64,000 bases of DNA from Aigarchaeota archaeon (lineage in GTDB: Archaea; Thermoproteota; Nitrososphaeria_A; Caldarchaeales; Wolframiiraptoraceae), in assembly GCA_025058515.1 (NCBI GenBank), contig JANXDW010000006.1:9050-73049 (forward strand). The letters are read 5' to 3'. This document shows positions 17,709 to 27,257 of the stretch, piece after piece (the stretch's first letter is position 1; every line of letters begins with the position of its first letter). The notes beneath the pieces were generated by a model that saw nothing but the letters and a program-made list of their open reading frames with translations, was not told where the DNA came from and did no database searches. A program made the translations under genes and the position numbers.

Positions 17709-19529
17709 TTAAGAGGGAGATTCTCGAGATACATACCATCTTGTCTCTTTAGCGGTATCTTCTAAGATTATTCCAAGACTTCTAAGTCTTTCTCTAATCT
17801 CATCAGCCAAACTATATTCACCTCTCTTCCTCAACTTATCTCTTATATCTACTATTAAATCAACTAGGTCTCTCATCCTTTCATCACTTAACTTCATGAC
17901 CTCTTTCTGAAGAATATTCAAGATACTTCCAAGTTCTCGAAAGACTTTAACAATCTCTTCAGCTATCTTCTTATTCAGTTTTCCTCGATCCTTACAATAT
18001 TTAAAGAATATTGTTGCAAATTCATGTAAAGTAGCTATTGCTCTCGGTGTATCTAGATCATCGTCTAAAGCTTCCAAGAACTCTTTCTTCATATATTCTA
18101 AGCTTTCTCCAAGCTTCCTCGTCTCATCATCTTGTTCATCATCTTTAGGCATAAAAGATGCATAACGTATAACATTGTATATTCTCTCAAGTCCCTGCTC
18201 TGCTTGCTTAATAGGTGTCTCGAGCAGATGTTCAGGCTTGATAGGGTTTAAGAGATCAGGTTCGAATGGAAGCTTTAAGTCCATTCTATGCCTATACTTA
18301 GTTAAAAGCACCCAGTACCTTAATACCTCTGGATCAAATACCTTTAAAGCATCTCTAACACTGATATAGTTTCCAAGTGATTTAGACATCTTCTTACCAT
18401 TAACCGTTAATACATCTGTGTGAACCCAGAACTTAACCCAAGGCTTAATCTTCGTGTATGCTTCAGCTTGAGCTATCTCTGCTTCATGATGGGGGAACAT
18501 CAACTCTTTAGCTCCACCGTGAATATCTATCTGAGAACCTAGAAGCCTCAAGATGATCGTTGTATCCTCGATATGCCAACCTGGTCTCCCAACACCCCAT
18601 GGAGAATCCCAGCAAGGCTCTCTCGGATGACCCTTCTTAATCTTTCTCCATAAAGCCCAGTCAGCATCGTTCTTCTTATTAGGATCCAGTTCAATTCTAT
18701 GAACTCTGTACTCTCTATCTGGGTCTACTCCTGAAAGTTTACCATAGTCTTTGAACTTTGAAGAATTGAAGTATAAAGCATTAGGTGTATCATATGCATA
18801 GCCTTCTTCCTCCAACTTTTTCGCAACACTTATTATCTCTTCTATGAATTCGCTTGCTCTTGCATAGACATTTATAGTAGTTATTCCAAGCTTCTTCATA
18901 TCTTCTCTAAAATATTCTTCAAATTCTTTAGCTATACCAATAGGATCAAGTTTAGATCCTCTTGATATTATCTCATCGATAATCTTTTTACCATTCTCAG
19001 AGATACGTAATACTCTATTGGGAGTAATACTGTCTTTAAGAGCTTCATACTGCTCCTCAAGCTTCCTCTCTTCTATTTCATCATCTACTAGAGAAAGCTT
19101 CTTCTCCAATTCTATCAACTCTCTTCTCAAATCTTGAGTATCAGCTAATTCTACTAAACCAGATTTAATCAACTCGATAACCCTCTCTCTAGCATATTCT
19201 ACACCTAGACCTAATTTCTCTGCTAATTCCTCCAACCTCATATCTGTATCCTTGAGAAGATAGAGAGCCTTCCTATCGATAGATCTATTAATAATCTTAT
19301 CATCTACATCTGTAATATTCATTAAGAAGTAGACTGAGTATCCTTTGTAAGATAGATATCTAGCTAAGACATCGTAGAAGATATAGGTCTTCATGTGACC
19401 TATATGCATATAATCATAAACAGTTGGACCACAGACGTACATGAATACCTTATTACCGCTTACTGGAGTAAACTCTTCAATCTCATGATTGAGAGAATTA
19501 TATATCTTTAAACTTTTATCCGTGGTCAT
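17709..19529 (-). CDS. cysS: Cysteinyl-tRNA synthetase (class I) with an inserted winged-helix-like domain of about 95-110 aa
   Basis: CGPTVYDYMHIGHMKTY (HIGH), KKMSKSLGN (KMSKS), and the Zn-binding Cys in YVCGPT. 606 aa versus about 460-480 typical. Extra segment between NITDVDDKIINRS and KKIIDEIISRGSKLDPIGIAKEF. Confidence 0.85.
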   Translation of the reverse strand: MTTDKSLKIYNSLNHEIEEFTPVSGNKVFMYVCGPTVYDYMHIGHMKTYIFYDVLARYLSYKGYSVYFLMNITDVDDKIINRSIDRKALYLLKDTDMRLEELAEKLGLGVEYARERVIELIKSGLVELADTQDLRRELIELEKKLSLVDDEIEERKLEEQYEALKDSITPNRVLRISENGKKIIDEIISRGSKLDPIGIAKEFEEYFREDMKKLGITTINVYARASEFIEEIISVAKKLEEEGYAYDTPNALYFNSSKFKDYGKLSGVDPDREYRVHRIELDPNKKNDADWALWRKIKKGHPREPCWDSPWGVGRPGWHIEDTTIILRLLGSQIDIHGGAKELMFPHHEAEIAQAEAYTKIKPWVKFWVHTDVLTVNGKKMSKSLGNYISVRDALKVFDPEVLRYWVLLTKYRHRMDLKLPFEPDLLNPIKPEHLLETPIKQAEQGLERIYNVIRYASFMPKDDEQDDETRKLGESLEYMKKEFLEALDDDLDTPRAIATLHEFATIFFKYCKDRGKLNKKIAEEIVKVFRELGSILNILQKEVMKLSDERMRDLVDLIVDIRDKLRKRGEYSLADEIRERLRSLGIILEDTAKETRWYVSRESPS

Positions 19530-19701
19530 ACTCCTCTAGGTAGACTTAAAACATTCTTATTAAATCTTTAACTCTAAAACATATAAGGCTTCAGCATTAA
19601 AGTAAGAGAGGATAGACATACTGAGCCATTCTCTTAACTATCTGAATTAAATAAACTTAAAAATTAAATCTATGTTATTCTGATATAAAATCTGAGATAT
19701 A

Positions 19702-20412
19702 GTGTTGAAGGTTGTTATTCTTGCAGGTGGATATGGTAAGAGGTTGAGACCATTAACTGAAAGTCTTCCAAAATCTCTGCTCCCAGTAGCTGGAAGATCT
19801 ATACTAGCATGGCAGATCAAGTGGTTAAAACATTATGGTTTTACCGATATCGTATTGTGTGTTGGATATCTCTGGGAGAAGGTGAAGGCAGAGATCGGTG
19901 ATGGTAGTAAGTATGGAGTTGAAGTTACGTATGTAATTGAATCTGAACCTCTTGGGACTGGAGGAGCATTGATGAACGCTAGGAGAGAGCTTGAAGATGC
20001 TGAGATGTTTATAGTAATTAATGGAGATATTCTTACCAATCTAGATTTAAGGAGGCTTCCCACATCAATTGAAAAATTTGTTGGAGCTATTGCTTTAATC
20101 CCCCTCCCCTCCCCATTCGGAATAGTAGACTTTGAGGAAGATACCTTGACTATAAGATCATTTATAGAGAAACCTATGATAAAAGATTATTGGATAAATG
20201 CTGGAGCATACATCTTCACTAAAGAAGTATTCACGTATCTTCCATATAAAGGAGATATAGAGCGTACGTCTTTCCCAAAGATGGCTGAAGAAGGAAGGTT
20301 GAGAGCGATACTGTTTCCAGATGTTTTCTGGATGAGTATTGATAGTCACAAAGATCTAGAAGAAGCCTCTAAGATCATTAAAGATATCTATCCATTCAAT
20401 AAAGCTGAATAG
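19702..20412 (+). CDS. Sugar-phosphate nucleotidyltransferase (NDP-sugar pyrophosphorylase family)
   Basis: N-terminal VVILAGGYGKRLRPLTESLPKSLLPVAG (GxGxRL signature). 236 aa. GTG start. Confidence 0.8.
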   Translation: MLKVVILAGGYGKRLRPLTESLPKSLLPVAGRSILAWQIKWLKHYGFTDIVLCVGYLWEKVKAEIGDGSKYGVEVTYVIESEPLGTGGALMNARRELEDAEMFIVINGDILTNLDLRRLPTSIEKFVGAIALIPLPSPFGIVDFEEDTLTIRSFIEKPMIKDYWINAGAYIFTKEVFTYLPYKGDIERTSFPKMAEEGRLRAILFPDVFWMSIDSHKDLEEASKIIKDIYPFNKAE

Positions 20413-20454
20413 AAGAAAAGAAGATATACTTCTACTTCTAATTATTACTTTGAG

Positions 20455-20766
20455 ATGAGCACTCTTAGTGGTAATGTAAAGATAGAGGTTGAGAGTCTTG
20501 AGCAGTTAGTATTGTTAAGCTCAGTAATGCCCATATCGTTGATAAATGTAGATGTAGAGAAGAAGATGGCATTCGTTTTTCTCCAACCTCTTGCTTCAAC
20601 TCTTCCAATAATCTACTTCTGTAAACTAGATAGCATACCTAATACTAGATTCATCTATCTAAATAGAGTTACTGGAAAGATAAGATTTGGAGATGAGTTT
20701 TCTACAGAACCAAACGATATTACAATACCCTTAATCAAGATAAAGAGTAGTAACATTATGGTATAG
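20455..20766 (+). CDS. Hypothetical protein (103 aa)
   Basis: ORF only; no recognisable motif. Confidence 0.3.
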   Translation: MSTLSGNVKIEVESLEQLVLLSSVMPISLINVDVEKKMAFVFLQPLASTLPIIYFCKLDSIPNTRFIYLNRVTGKIRFGDEFSTEPNDITIPLIKIKSSNIMV

Positions 20767-20989
20767 TCAAGTAGACACTACTTCTAGAAACCCTCTATCT
20801 TCGTAAAGCTCTAGCATAGAATATTTGTTCTCAATCTCTACGACCATTCTGAAAATTTTTGAAAAGCTCAGATACAATTTATAAGATCTTGAAAATACCT
20901 ATGTCTTCCACATGTAATCTAGAATAATATACAGCACCCTATCTTTAATCCATATTTATTTACTCCTTTCAGATTATATTAGATAGAGG

Positions 20990-23263
20990 ATGAACGAGGT
21001 TCTTTGGCTTCTAGATATAGCCGTTGAAGTTGAAGATGGTAAGCCTACTGTCTGGTTATGGTGTAAGGATCAAGAGGGAAAAACATACATCGTTAAACAG
21101 AGATACTCTCCAAGTTTTTACATCATAGCAAGTAAGCACAGAGAAGTAGTAGAATATCTGGTGAAGCAAGGATTCAAGATAGAAGAAGTAGGTAGGAAGA
21201 TTAGAGGTAGAGATGTTAAAGCTATCAAGGTATACGTTGATGTAGAAGATGTTGAGAGCTTAGCGAAAAAGATTGCAAAAGAGCTTAAAGATATAGAACT
21301 ATATGAAGAAGATGTTAGACCATCTGTAAAATACTTGATCGAGAATAACTTGAGACCATCAGGTGGTATAAGAGTTAAAGGCAACATGATCAGAGACGAT
21401 CTTATCAGAATAGTAGAAGCAGACAAGGTAGAGTATGTTAAAGACGTGATCCCTCCCCCTCTCCACGTATTATCCTTCGATGTAATCTATTATTCTGAAA
21501 GTGGATCGCCTAAGCCTGAGAGAGACCCAGTAATATTGATATCTTTAGCTACGTTAAGAGGTAGGAGAACTCAATTATATGGAGATGAAGAAAAGATTCT
21601 CAGAGAATTCTTGAAGATTATTGAAGAAGAAGATCCAGATATAATAGTTGGATTCTCTTCCAACAGACTTCACTGGAGTTATCTTGTAGAGAGAGTTCAG
21701 AGATATGGATTAAGATTATTTATCGGTAGGCTGGGCTCAGAGCCTCATACGAGTATACATGGACACATATCGATTAGAGGTAGGTTGAACATAGATTTAG
21801 AAGACATGGCTAGAGATATCCCTGAACTAACAGTTGAGACTTTAGAAGAATTTACAGCATACTTAGGATTGGATCAAGAATTTGATAGAGTAGAAGAGTG
21901 GGAGATAGCTGAGATATGGAGAAGAGATTCTGAGAAAGTTAAGAGATACTCTTTACAGAGGGTAGAAGCGATGTTGAAATGTTATGAAGCTTTGAGAGAC
22001 TATATATTCAGCATCAGCGAATTAACTGGGATGCCTGTAGACTATGTCTTAACAGCTTCTACAGGTTTTAGAGTAGAGAACTATTTAATGTATCTAGCTG
22101 TAGAAAGGGGGGAGTTGATCCCGAAGAAGCCTGAAATAAGTCACGTCTCGTATGTAGGTGGATTGGTTAAAAGTCCTAAACCAGGTCTTCATGAAGATGT
22201 AGCTATCGTAGACTTTAGGTCTATGTACCCAAGCTTAATGATCAAGTATAACATATCATTCGATACTTTAAGTGAAGATGGTGAATACATTTCTCCAAAT
22301 AACTTTAGATTTAAGAAAGAGCCTGAAGGTTTTCTTCCACATGCATTAAAGACTCTGATAGCTGAGAGGAGACAGATACAAGAAAAGTTGAAGAAACTTG
22401 ATGAAGACTCGGTTGAGGCAAGAGTTTTAAATGCAAGACAAAAGGCTATCAAAGTTATCTCTAATGCAATCTACGGTTACACTGGATGGATTGGAGCTAG
22501 ATGGTATACTAGAGAAGTAGCTGAAGCGACTACTAGCTGGGGTAGACATGTCATAATGGAATCTATCAAGAAAGCAGAGGAACTAGGTATGAAGATAATT
22601 TACTCAGACACGGATTCTCTTTTCCTCCAAAATTACTATGGGAGATTAGAAGAATTTCTTAAATGGGTTGAGGAAGACTTAGGGTTAGAGGCTAAGGTGG
22701 AGAAGATCTATAAAAGAGTAATATTTACAGAAGCTAAGAAGAAGTATGCTGGAATAAAAGAAGACTTAAAGATTGACATAATCGGCTTAGAAGCTGTTAG
22801 AGGAGACTGGAGCCTTATAGCTAGAGAAGCTCAAGAAGAGACTGTGAAAATTCTGTTGATGACTGGAGATATTGGAGAAGCATTAAAGACTGTGAGGAAT
22901 TATATCAAAAAGATTATGGATAGAGAGGTGGAGATGAGAGAGCTGGTTATATGGAGGCAGATAACAAAGCCTCTAGATGAATATGAAGCTACTCAGCCAC
23001 ATATAGTAATAGCACGCCAATTGATAAAAGAGGGCTGGAGGATACAGCCTGGAGATAAAGTAGGGTATATAGTTATTCAAGGATCAGGCCCGCTCTACAA
23101 GAGAGTTAAACCATATTTTAAGGTAAGTAAAGATGAGGTCGATTGGGAGTACTATATAGATAAGCAGATACTATCAGCTTGTATCCGAGTACTCGAGCCA
23201 CTGGGGGTTAAGCTTGAAGACTTAAAGAAGACTGGTGGAGCAACTTTAACTGATTTCTTTTAA
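20990..23263 (+). CDS. polB: Family B DNA polymerase. Its compact 757 aa is consistent with a PolB3/Dpo3-type enzyme. Catalytic motifs are intact and there is no intein.
   Basis: Exo region LSFDVIYY; pol motif A VDFRSMYPSLMIKYNIS; motif B KVISNAIYGYTGW; motif C IIYSDTDSLFL; KKKYAG (KxY). Confidence 0.9.
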   Translation: MNEVLWLLDIAVEVEDGKPTVWLWCKDQEGKTYIVKQRYSPSFYIIASKHREVVEYLVKQGFKIEEVGRKIRGRDVKAIKVYVDVEDVESLAKKIAKELKDIELYEEDVRPSVKYLIENNLRPSGGIRVKGNMIRDDLIRIVEADKVEYVKDVIPPPLHVLSFDVIYYSESGSPKPERDPVILISLATLRGRRTQLYGDEEKILREFLKIIEEEDPDIIVGFSSNRLHWSYLVERVQRYGLRLFIGRLGSEPHTSIHGHISIRGRLNIDLEDMARDIPELTVETLEEFTAYLGLDQEFDRVEEWEIAEIWRRDSEKVKRYSLQRVEAMLKCYEALRDYIFSISELTGMPVDYVLTASTGFRVENYLMYLAVERGELIPKKPEISHVSYVGGLVKSPKPGLHEDVAIVDFRSMYPSLMIKYNISFDTLSEDGEYISPNNFRFKKEPEGFLPHALKTLIAERRQIQEKLKKLDEDSVEARVLNARQKAIKVISNAIYGYTGWIGARWYTREVAEATTSWGRHVIMESIKKAEELGMKIIYSDTDSLFLQNYYGRLEEFLKWVEEDLGLEAKVEKIYKRVIFTEAKKKYAGIKEDLKIDIIGLEAVRGDWSLIAREAQEETVKILLMTGDIGEALKTVRNYIKKIMDREVEMRELVIWRQITKPLDEYEATQPHIVIARQLIKEGWRIQPGDKVGYIVIQGSGPLYKRVKPYFKVSKDEVDWEYYIDKQILSACIRVLEPLGVKLEDLKKTGGATLTDFF

Positions 23264-23265
23264 TC

Positions 23266-24105
23266 CTACTTACTCTGAAGAGTCTTGGATAAGAACTGTT
23301 TTAAGTCTTCGTATGGTTTACCTTTCAAAAGAGAGAATCCGTGAATCTCATCATCATATAATCTGAGAATGTAGTTTGCTTTACCAATTTTGTTAAAAGC
23401 TTCCACTAGCATAATACTGTGTTTAGAGGGGATTGATGTATCTTTTAATCCATGCATTATCAAGACATCTTCCTCGATATGGATAGCATTGTGTATTGGT
23501 GATAGTTCGCTAAACACTTTAACCTTATCTAGGTTCTCAGATTCGATATACTTCATCAAGCTTATGTAGTACCACTCCCACTCCGTCCACAATGCAGGAT
23601 CTCCTCTAGCATGTTCAAACATATCTCTAAGATCAGTAGGACCATATGCATCTACTACACATTTAATATTAGTTCTTACCGCAGTCATTAAAGCTAAGTA
23701 TCCTCCCCTACTCACTCCAAGCACACATATCTTCTCCTTATCTATAAATGGTCTCGTCTCAGCATACTTGACAGATTTAACTACGTACTCTATCTCTTCG
23801 ATTATGGTTAAATTCTCTGGATAGTCGACTGATATAACCGTGACCTTTAAGTCGCCTAATCTATCATAGAAGCTTTTACAGAATTCTGCAGACACCTCAC
23901 TCGATGCCTTCCCTCCGTGAACTACTATTAAAGCACTAGAGATTGGAACATCTGGTTTGCAAACTATCAACCTAACACCTTCATACATTTCTTCAGAAAA
24001 ATTTAGATAAGTGAATGAACCTTGAGAGAGTATTAAGAATAACGTTACTGAGAATATGAGTACAGAGGTCAGTAGGATAGCAGTAACCGTTCTACGTAAA
24101 TTCAT
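23266..24105 (-). CDS. Alpha/beta-hydrolase (esterase/dienelactone-hydrolase-like) with N-terminal signal/anchor
   Basis: N-terminal TM (LLTSVLIFSVTLFLILS); nucleophile elbow GVSRGG (GxSxG); His near the C-terminus (DEIHGF). Confidence 0.7.
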   Translation of the reverse strand: MNLRRTVTAILLTSVLIFSVTLFLILSQGSFTYLNFSEEMYEGVRLIVCKPDVPISSALIVVHGGKASSEVSAEFCKSFYDRLGDLKVTVISVDYPENLTIIEEIEYVVKSVKYAETRPFIDKEKICVLGVSRGGYLALMTAVRTNIKCVVDAYGPTDLRDMFEHARGDPALWTEWEWYYISLMKYIESENLDKVKVFSELSPIHNAIHIEEDVLIMHGLKDTSIPSKHSIMLVEAFNKIGKANYILRLYDDEIHGFSLLKGKPYEDLKQFLSKTLQSK

Positions 24106-24218
24106 ACTCTATAAAATTGAGTCTACTCTAATATTTAAAAACACATCAACGTTTTCCCCATTATTTTTAAGTTTTTTGAGAGAGTTATTAACTTCTTTAT
24201 CATTATGATAATTGGGAG

Positions 24219-25412
24219 ATGAGAGGAGAAGATTACTTTAGATTGATTGAAGAAGTTGCAGATGAGCTGAGAAGATGGAGTGGTTTAATAGGTCTAGTCT
24301 TTCATGATGATGCTGATGGATTATGTTCTGCAAGCATATCGGCTTCAGCATTGAGAAAGATCAAGAAAGAGTATAGATTGATGTGTATCGAGAAGATTCA
24401 TCCAGCTATACTAAAGCTGGTTTACTCTACAGGTTGCAAACTCTTCATATTTCTAGATATCGGGTCTGGTAGAGCAGATCTAATCACTAAGATGTGCGAA
24501 GACAGTGGATCTAGAGCTATAATCCTCGACCATCATGATCCCATGATAGTAGACTCTCCACTCGTAGTAAACTTGAATCCAGAGATCTATGGTTTTAGTG
24601 GTGAGAGGGATGTCAGCGGCTCGACTGCAACATACTTGCTGATGCGTAAGTTGACCGATATAGAAGATTCTGCATGGATGGCCGTAGTAGGCTCTGCTGA
24701 GATCCCAGGTCCAATGACTGGATTGAATAAGATACCTTTAGAAGATTCTGTAAAGATAGGTGATGTAGAAGTTAAGAGAGATCATGAAGAATCCTACTAC
24801 ATAAGATTCTTGAATAAAACTTGGAGTAGGCTTTCTTCTTCTTTAACAGCTATTGGAAGTATTGGATATTATCGTGGAGGACCGTATAGAGTAGTTGATT
24901 ATCTACTATCTCGCAAGATAGATTTTAAAGAAGCAGAGGAGATGGAGGAAGAGAGAAAGAATAGGTTTGCTCAAGCATCTTCCATTATCTCTAAGTCTAA
25001 GCTTAAATTAGATGGAGTAGTTCAATGGTTTCATATACATAATCTCTTTAGTGGTATAGGTACGAAAGCACTTGGAACATTCTGCTCTATGTTAAGTTAT
25101 AAGAGAATAACTGCTCCAGATAAGTATCTTGTAGGCTTCATGGATTTTGAGCCGAATCTACCTAATCTAGGGAGAGTTGAAGGAGAATGGATTAAGGTCT
25201 CTGTTAGAACACCTAGAGACTTAAGTGAGGCGGTTAAGTCTGGAGAGATGCCTCCTGCATCCGAGTTAACCATGAAGTCTGCAGAAGCCGTTGGAGGTTC
25301 AGGAGATGGTCACAGCTTCGCTGCATCAGCACTAATACCTAGAGGTAGAGAGAAAGAATTCATAAAAATCTTTAATAGTCTTGCAGTTGGAAGACAAGCT
25401 GTTCTAGATTAA
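24219..25412 (+). CDS. DHH/DHHA1 phosphoesterase (RecJ-like / GAN-like nuclease) with all catalytic motifs intact
   Basis: Motif I FHDDADGLCSAS, motif II FLDIGSG, motif III ILDHHDP (DHH), and DHHA1 GGSGDGHSFAASA (GGGH...AAG). 397 aa. Confidence 0.65.
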   Translation: MRGEDYFRLIEEVADELRRWSGLIGLVFHDDADGLCSASISASALRKIKKEYRLMCIEKIHPAILKLVYSTGCKLFIFLDIGSGRADLITKMCEDSGSRAIILDHHDPMIVDSPLVVNLNPEIYGFSGERDVSGSTATYLLMRKLTDIEDSAWMAVVGSAEIPGPMTGLNKIPLEDSVKIGDVEVKRDHEESYYIRFLNKTWSRLSSSLTAIGSIGYYRGGPYRVVDYLLSRKIDFKEAEEMEEERKNRFAQASSIISKSKLKLDGVVQWFHIHNLFSGIGTKALGTFCSMLSYKRITAPDKYLVGFMDFEPNLPNLGRVEGEWIKVSVRTPRDLSEAVKSGEMPPASELTMKSAEAVGGSGDGHSFAASALIPRGREKEFIKIFNSLAVGRQAVLD

Positions 25413-25478
25413 TGGAGCAGTATAGTTTACTCGATGAGATATTTACATGGAATTTATAAGATTCATCTAGATGATTTT

Positions 25479-26462
25479 TCATGTTCTTGATTGTTTAAGT
25501 TCTATTACACTGAAACTCTTTGAAGATACACTATAGATTGAAGTTATATCTGATACGATCAACTTCTTTTCTGGGAAGGTCTCTCTCAACTCTTTTAAAA
25601 TACATTCTAGATCTTTATCATATGCTAGTCCATGCGCCGCCTCTCCCAACATATTCTGCGCATATCCTATTAATGGAAGCTTTTCAAATACTTCAAAGAA
25701 CTCTTCAACTCCATTTGATACGAATCCAGCTTCGTATGCAAACTCTCTAGCATACTTTAAGAAGTTCTCAACAGTAGGTCTCTTTAAGATCATAGATAGA
25801 TATTTATCGCCTATCTCTTCTATGTACTCTATCTTTGATAGTTCTGTTAATGATCTAGAGGTTTCAATAGGTCGGGATATGAGAGCGACTAATTTTACAT
25901 TTGGAGGTAGAGGTATATTGTCTACTATACTTCTCGGTGGTGCCCCTTCTCTTAAGACTAGTACTAATCCACCGGATACAAAACCAGCTTCACTATTCAG
26001 TCCAGTTCTACATCTTAATTCAACTTCATGAGTTATCCTAATCACCTCGTTTAAGGTTATCCCTCTACCGAGTAGTGTTGACAAGGCAAGTATTACCCCT
26101 GCCGCTGATGAGGCACTTGATCCAAATCCTGTGCTGATCGGTACGTGTATCTTATGCCTAACTTCTATCCTACCCCTAATACCATACCTCCTCCTCATCT
26201 CTTCTACAGCCTCTATTGATGGAGGGAATTCTCTAATACTTCCATTTACTAGTACATCAACTCCATCTTCATCGTCAGGGTATATCTTGACCCATGTCTC
26301 AGACCCATTTACTAAAGAGAAGCCTCCACCTCTAGCTCCAATTCTATCTAGCCTAACCTCACTATTATTCATAGTTGATTTAATCTTTGGAGAGAATATG
26401 CTTGAGAGAGCTGATGGAAAATATGCATAACCATATCTCTCCATCATTTCCCCTTCTTTCAA
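25479..26462 (-). CDS. GHMP-kinase-family protein. Candidates are pantoate kinase or beta-RFAP-synthase-type; not resolvable by eye.
   Basis: GHMP motif 2 PISTGFGSSASSAAGVILAL. Size 327 aa; true start probably at the internal MMERYG. Confidence 0.65.
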   Translation of the reverse strand: MKEGEMMERYGYAYFPSALSSIFSPKIKSTMNNSEVRLDRIGARGGGFSLVNGSETWVKIYPDDEDGVDVLVNGSIREFPPSIEAVEEMRRRYGIRGRIEVRHKIHVPISTGFGSSASSAAGVILALSTLLGRGITLNEVIRITHEVELRCRTGLNSEAGFVSGGLVLVLREGAPPRSIVDNIPLPPNVKLVALISRPIETSRSLTELSKIEYIEEIGDKYLSMILKRPTVENFLKYAREFAYEAGFVSNGVEEFFEVFEKLPLIGYAQNMLGEAAHGLAYDKDLECILKELRETFPEKKLIVSDITSIYSVSSKSFSVIELKQSRT

Positions 26463-27208
26463 CTTACTACTTTTTCTACCTCCACTCTCTCAGGCATAGC
26501 TCTACTAACAGCATATACTATCGGCGGTAGTAAGAATACTAGGAAAGGGACCTCTGTTAGATAAGTCCATAGGAACCATGTTAATGCAGCTACTATCGGA
26601 GCGTTGGAGACGCCTAGAGGCAGTACTGCGAACTGGCTGTAGAGCCAGAGACCTAAACCTATTATAGCGCTTCCAACCATTAAACCTATTGAGGATGCGT
26701 AAATTATCTTAGAATATTTTGGTTTGAACTGTGCAAACCCTATACCTATCAGCATTACTATAATTGCAACAATCAAGAAGATATATGATGTAATCTCATC
26801 TAATGCTCCTGAGAAAAACTGGACTAATGCAACTCCTAATGGTATTGCTTGTACACCTCCAGATAGGAACCTCTTCAGCATGTTTATTCTACCGCGAGCG
26901 AGGATACCTATCAAGTAGAATCCGATGAAATTTGATGTAACTCCTACTGTAATGCTTAGTATCGGGTTTCCATGTACTACCATATCGCTGATAAAGATTC
27001 CTATAGCAGCTCCGACAGCCCCTATCCATGGAGAGAATAGTATAGAGAATGCTGCTGGAATTACTACCGAAGGCCAGAATCTAACAGTACCGAAGACAGG
27101 TGTAAATATTCCAAGATATGTAGCTACTCCTACCGCTGCATATAGTGCTGCATTAGAAGAGATTAAAGCTACTTGTAGGCTCTTCTTCTTTTTCCAGTTA
27201 GCTTTCAT
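26459..27208 (-). CDS. Integral membrane protein (6-7 TM), possibly an ECF-type substrate-capture (S-component)-like transporter subunit
   Basis: 249 aa, almost entirely hydrophobic helices. Translationally coupled (4-nt overlap) to the GHMP kinase gene downstream. Confidence 0.35.
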   Translation of the reverse strand: MKANWKKKKSLQVALISSNAALYAAVGVATYLGIFTPVFGTVRFWPSVVIPAAFSILFSPWIGAVGAAIGIFISDMVVHGNPILSITVGVTSNFIGFYLIGILARGRINMLKRFLSGGVQAIPLGVALVQFFSGALDEITSYIFLIVAIIVMLIGIGFAQFKPKYSKIIYASSIGLMVGSAIIGLGLWLYSQFAVLPLGVSNAPIVAALTWFLWTYLTEVPFLVFLLPPIVYAVSRAMPERVEVEKVVS

Positions 27209-27257
27209 AACTCCTTTCTCTTGGAATAGTTAAGAATACATATATCAAGATTTCATC

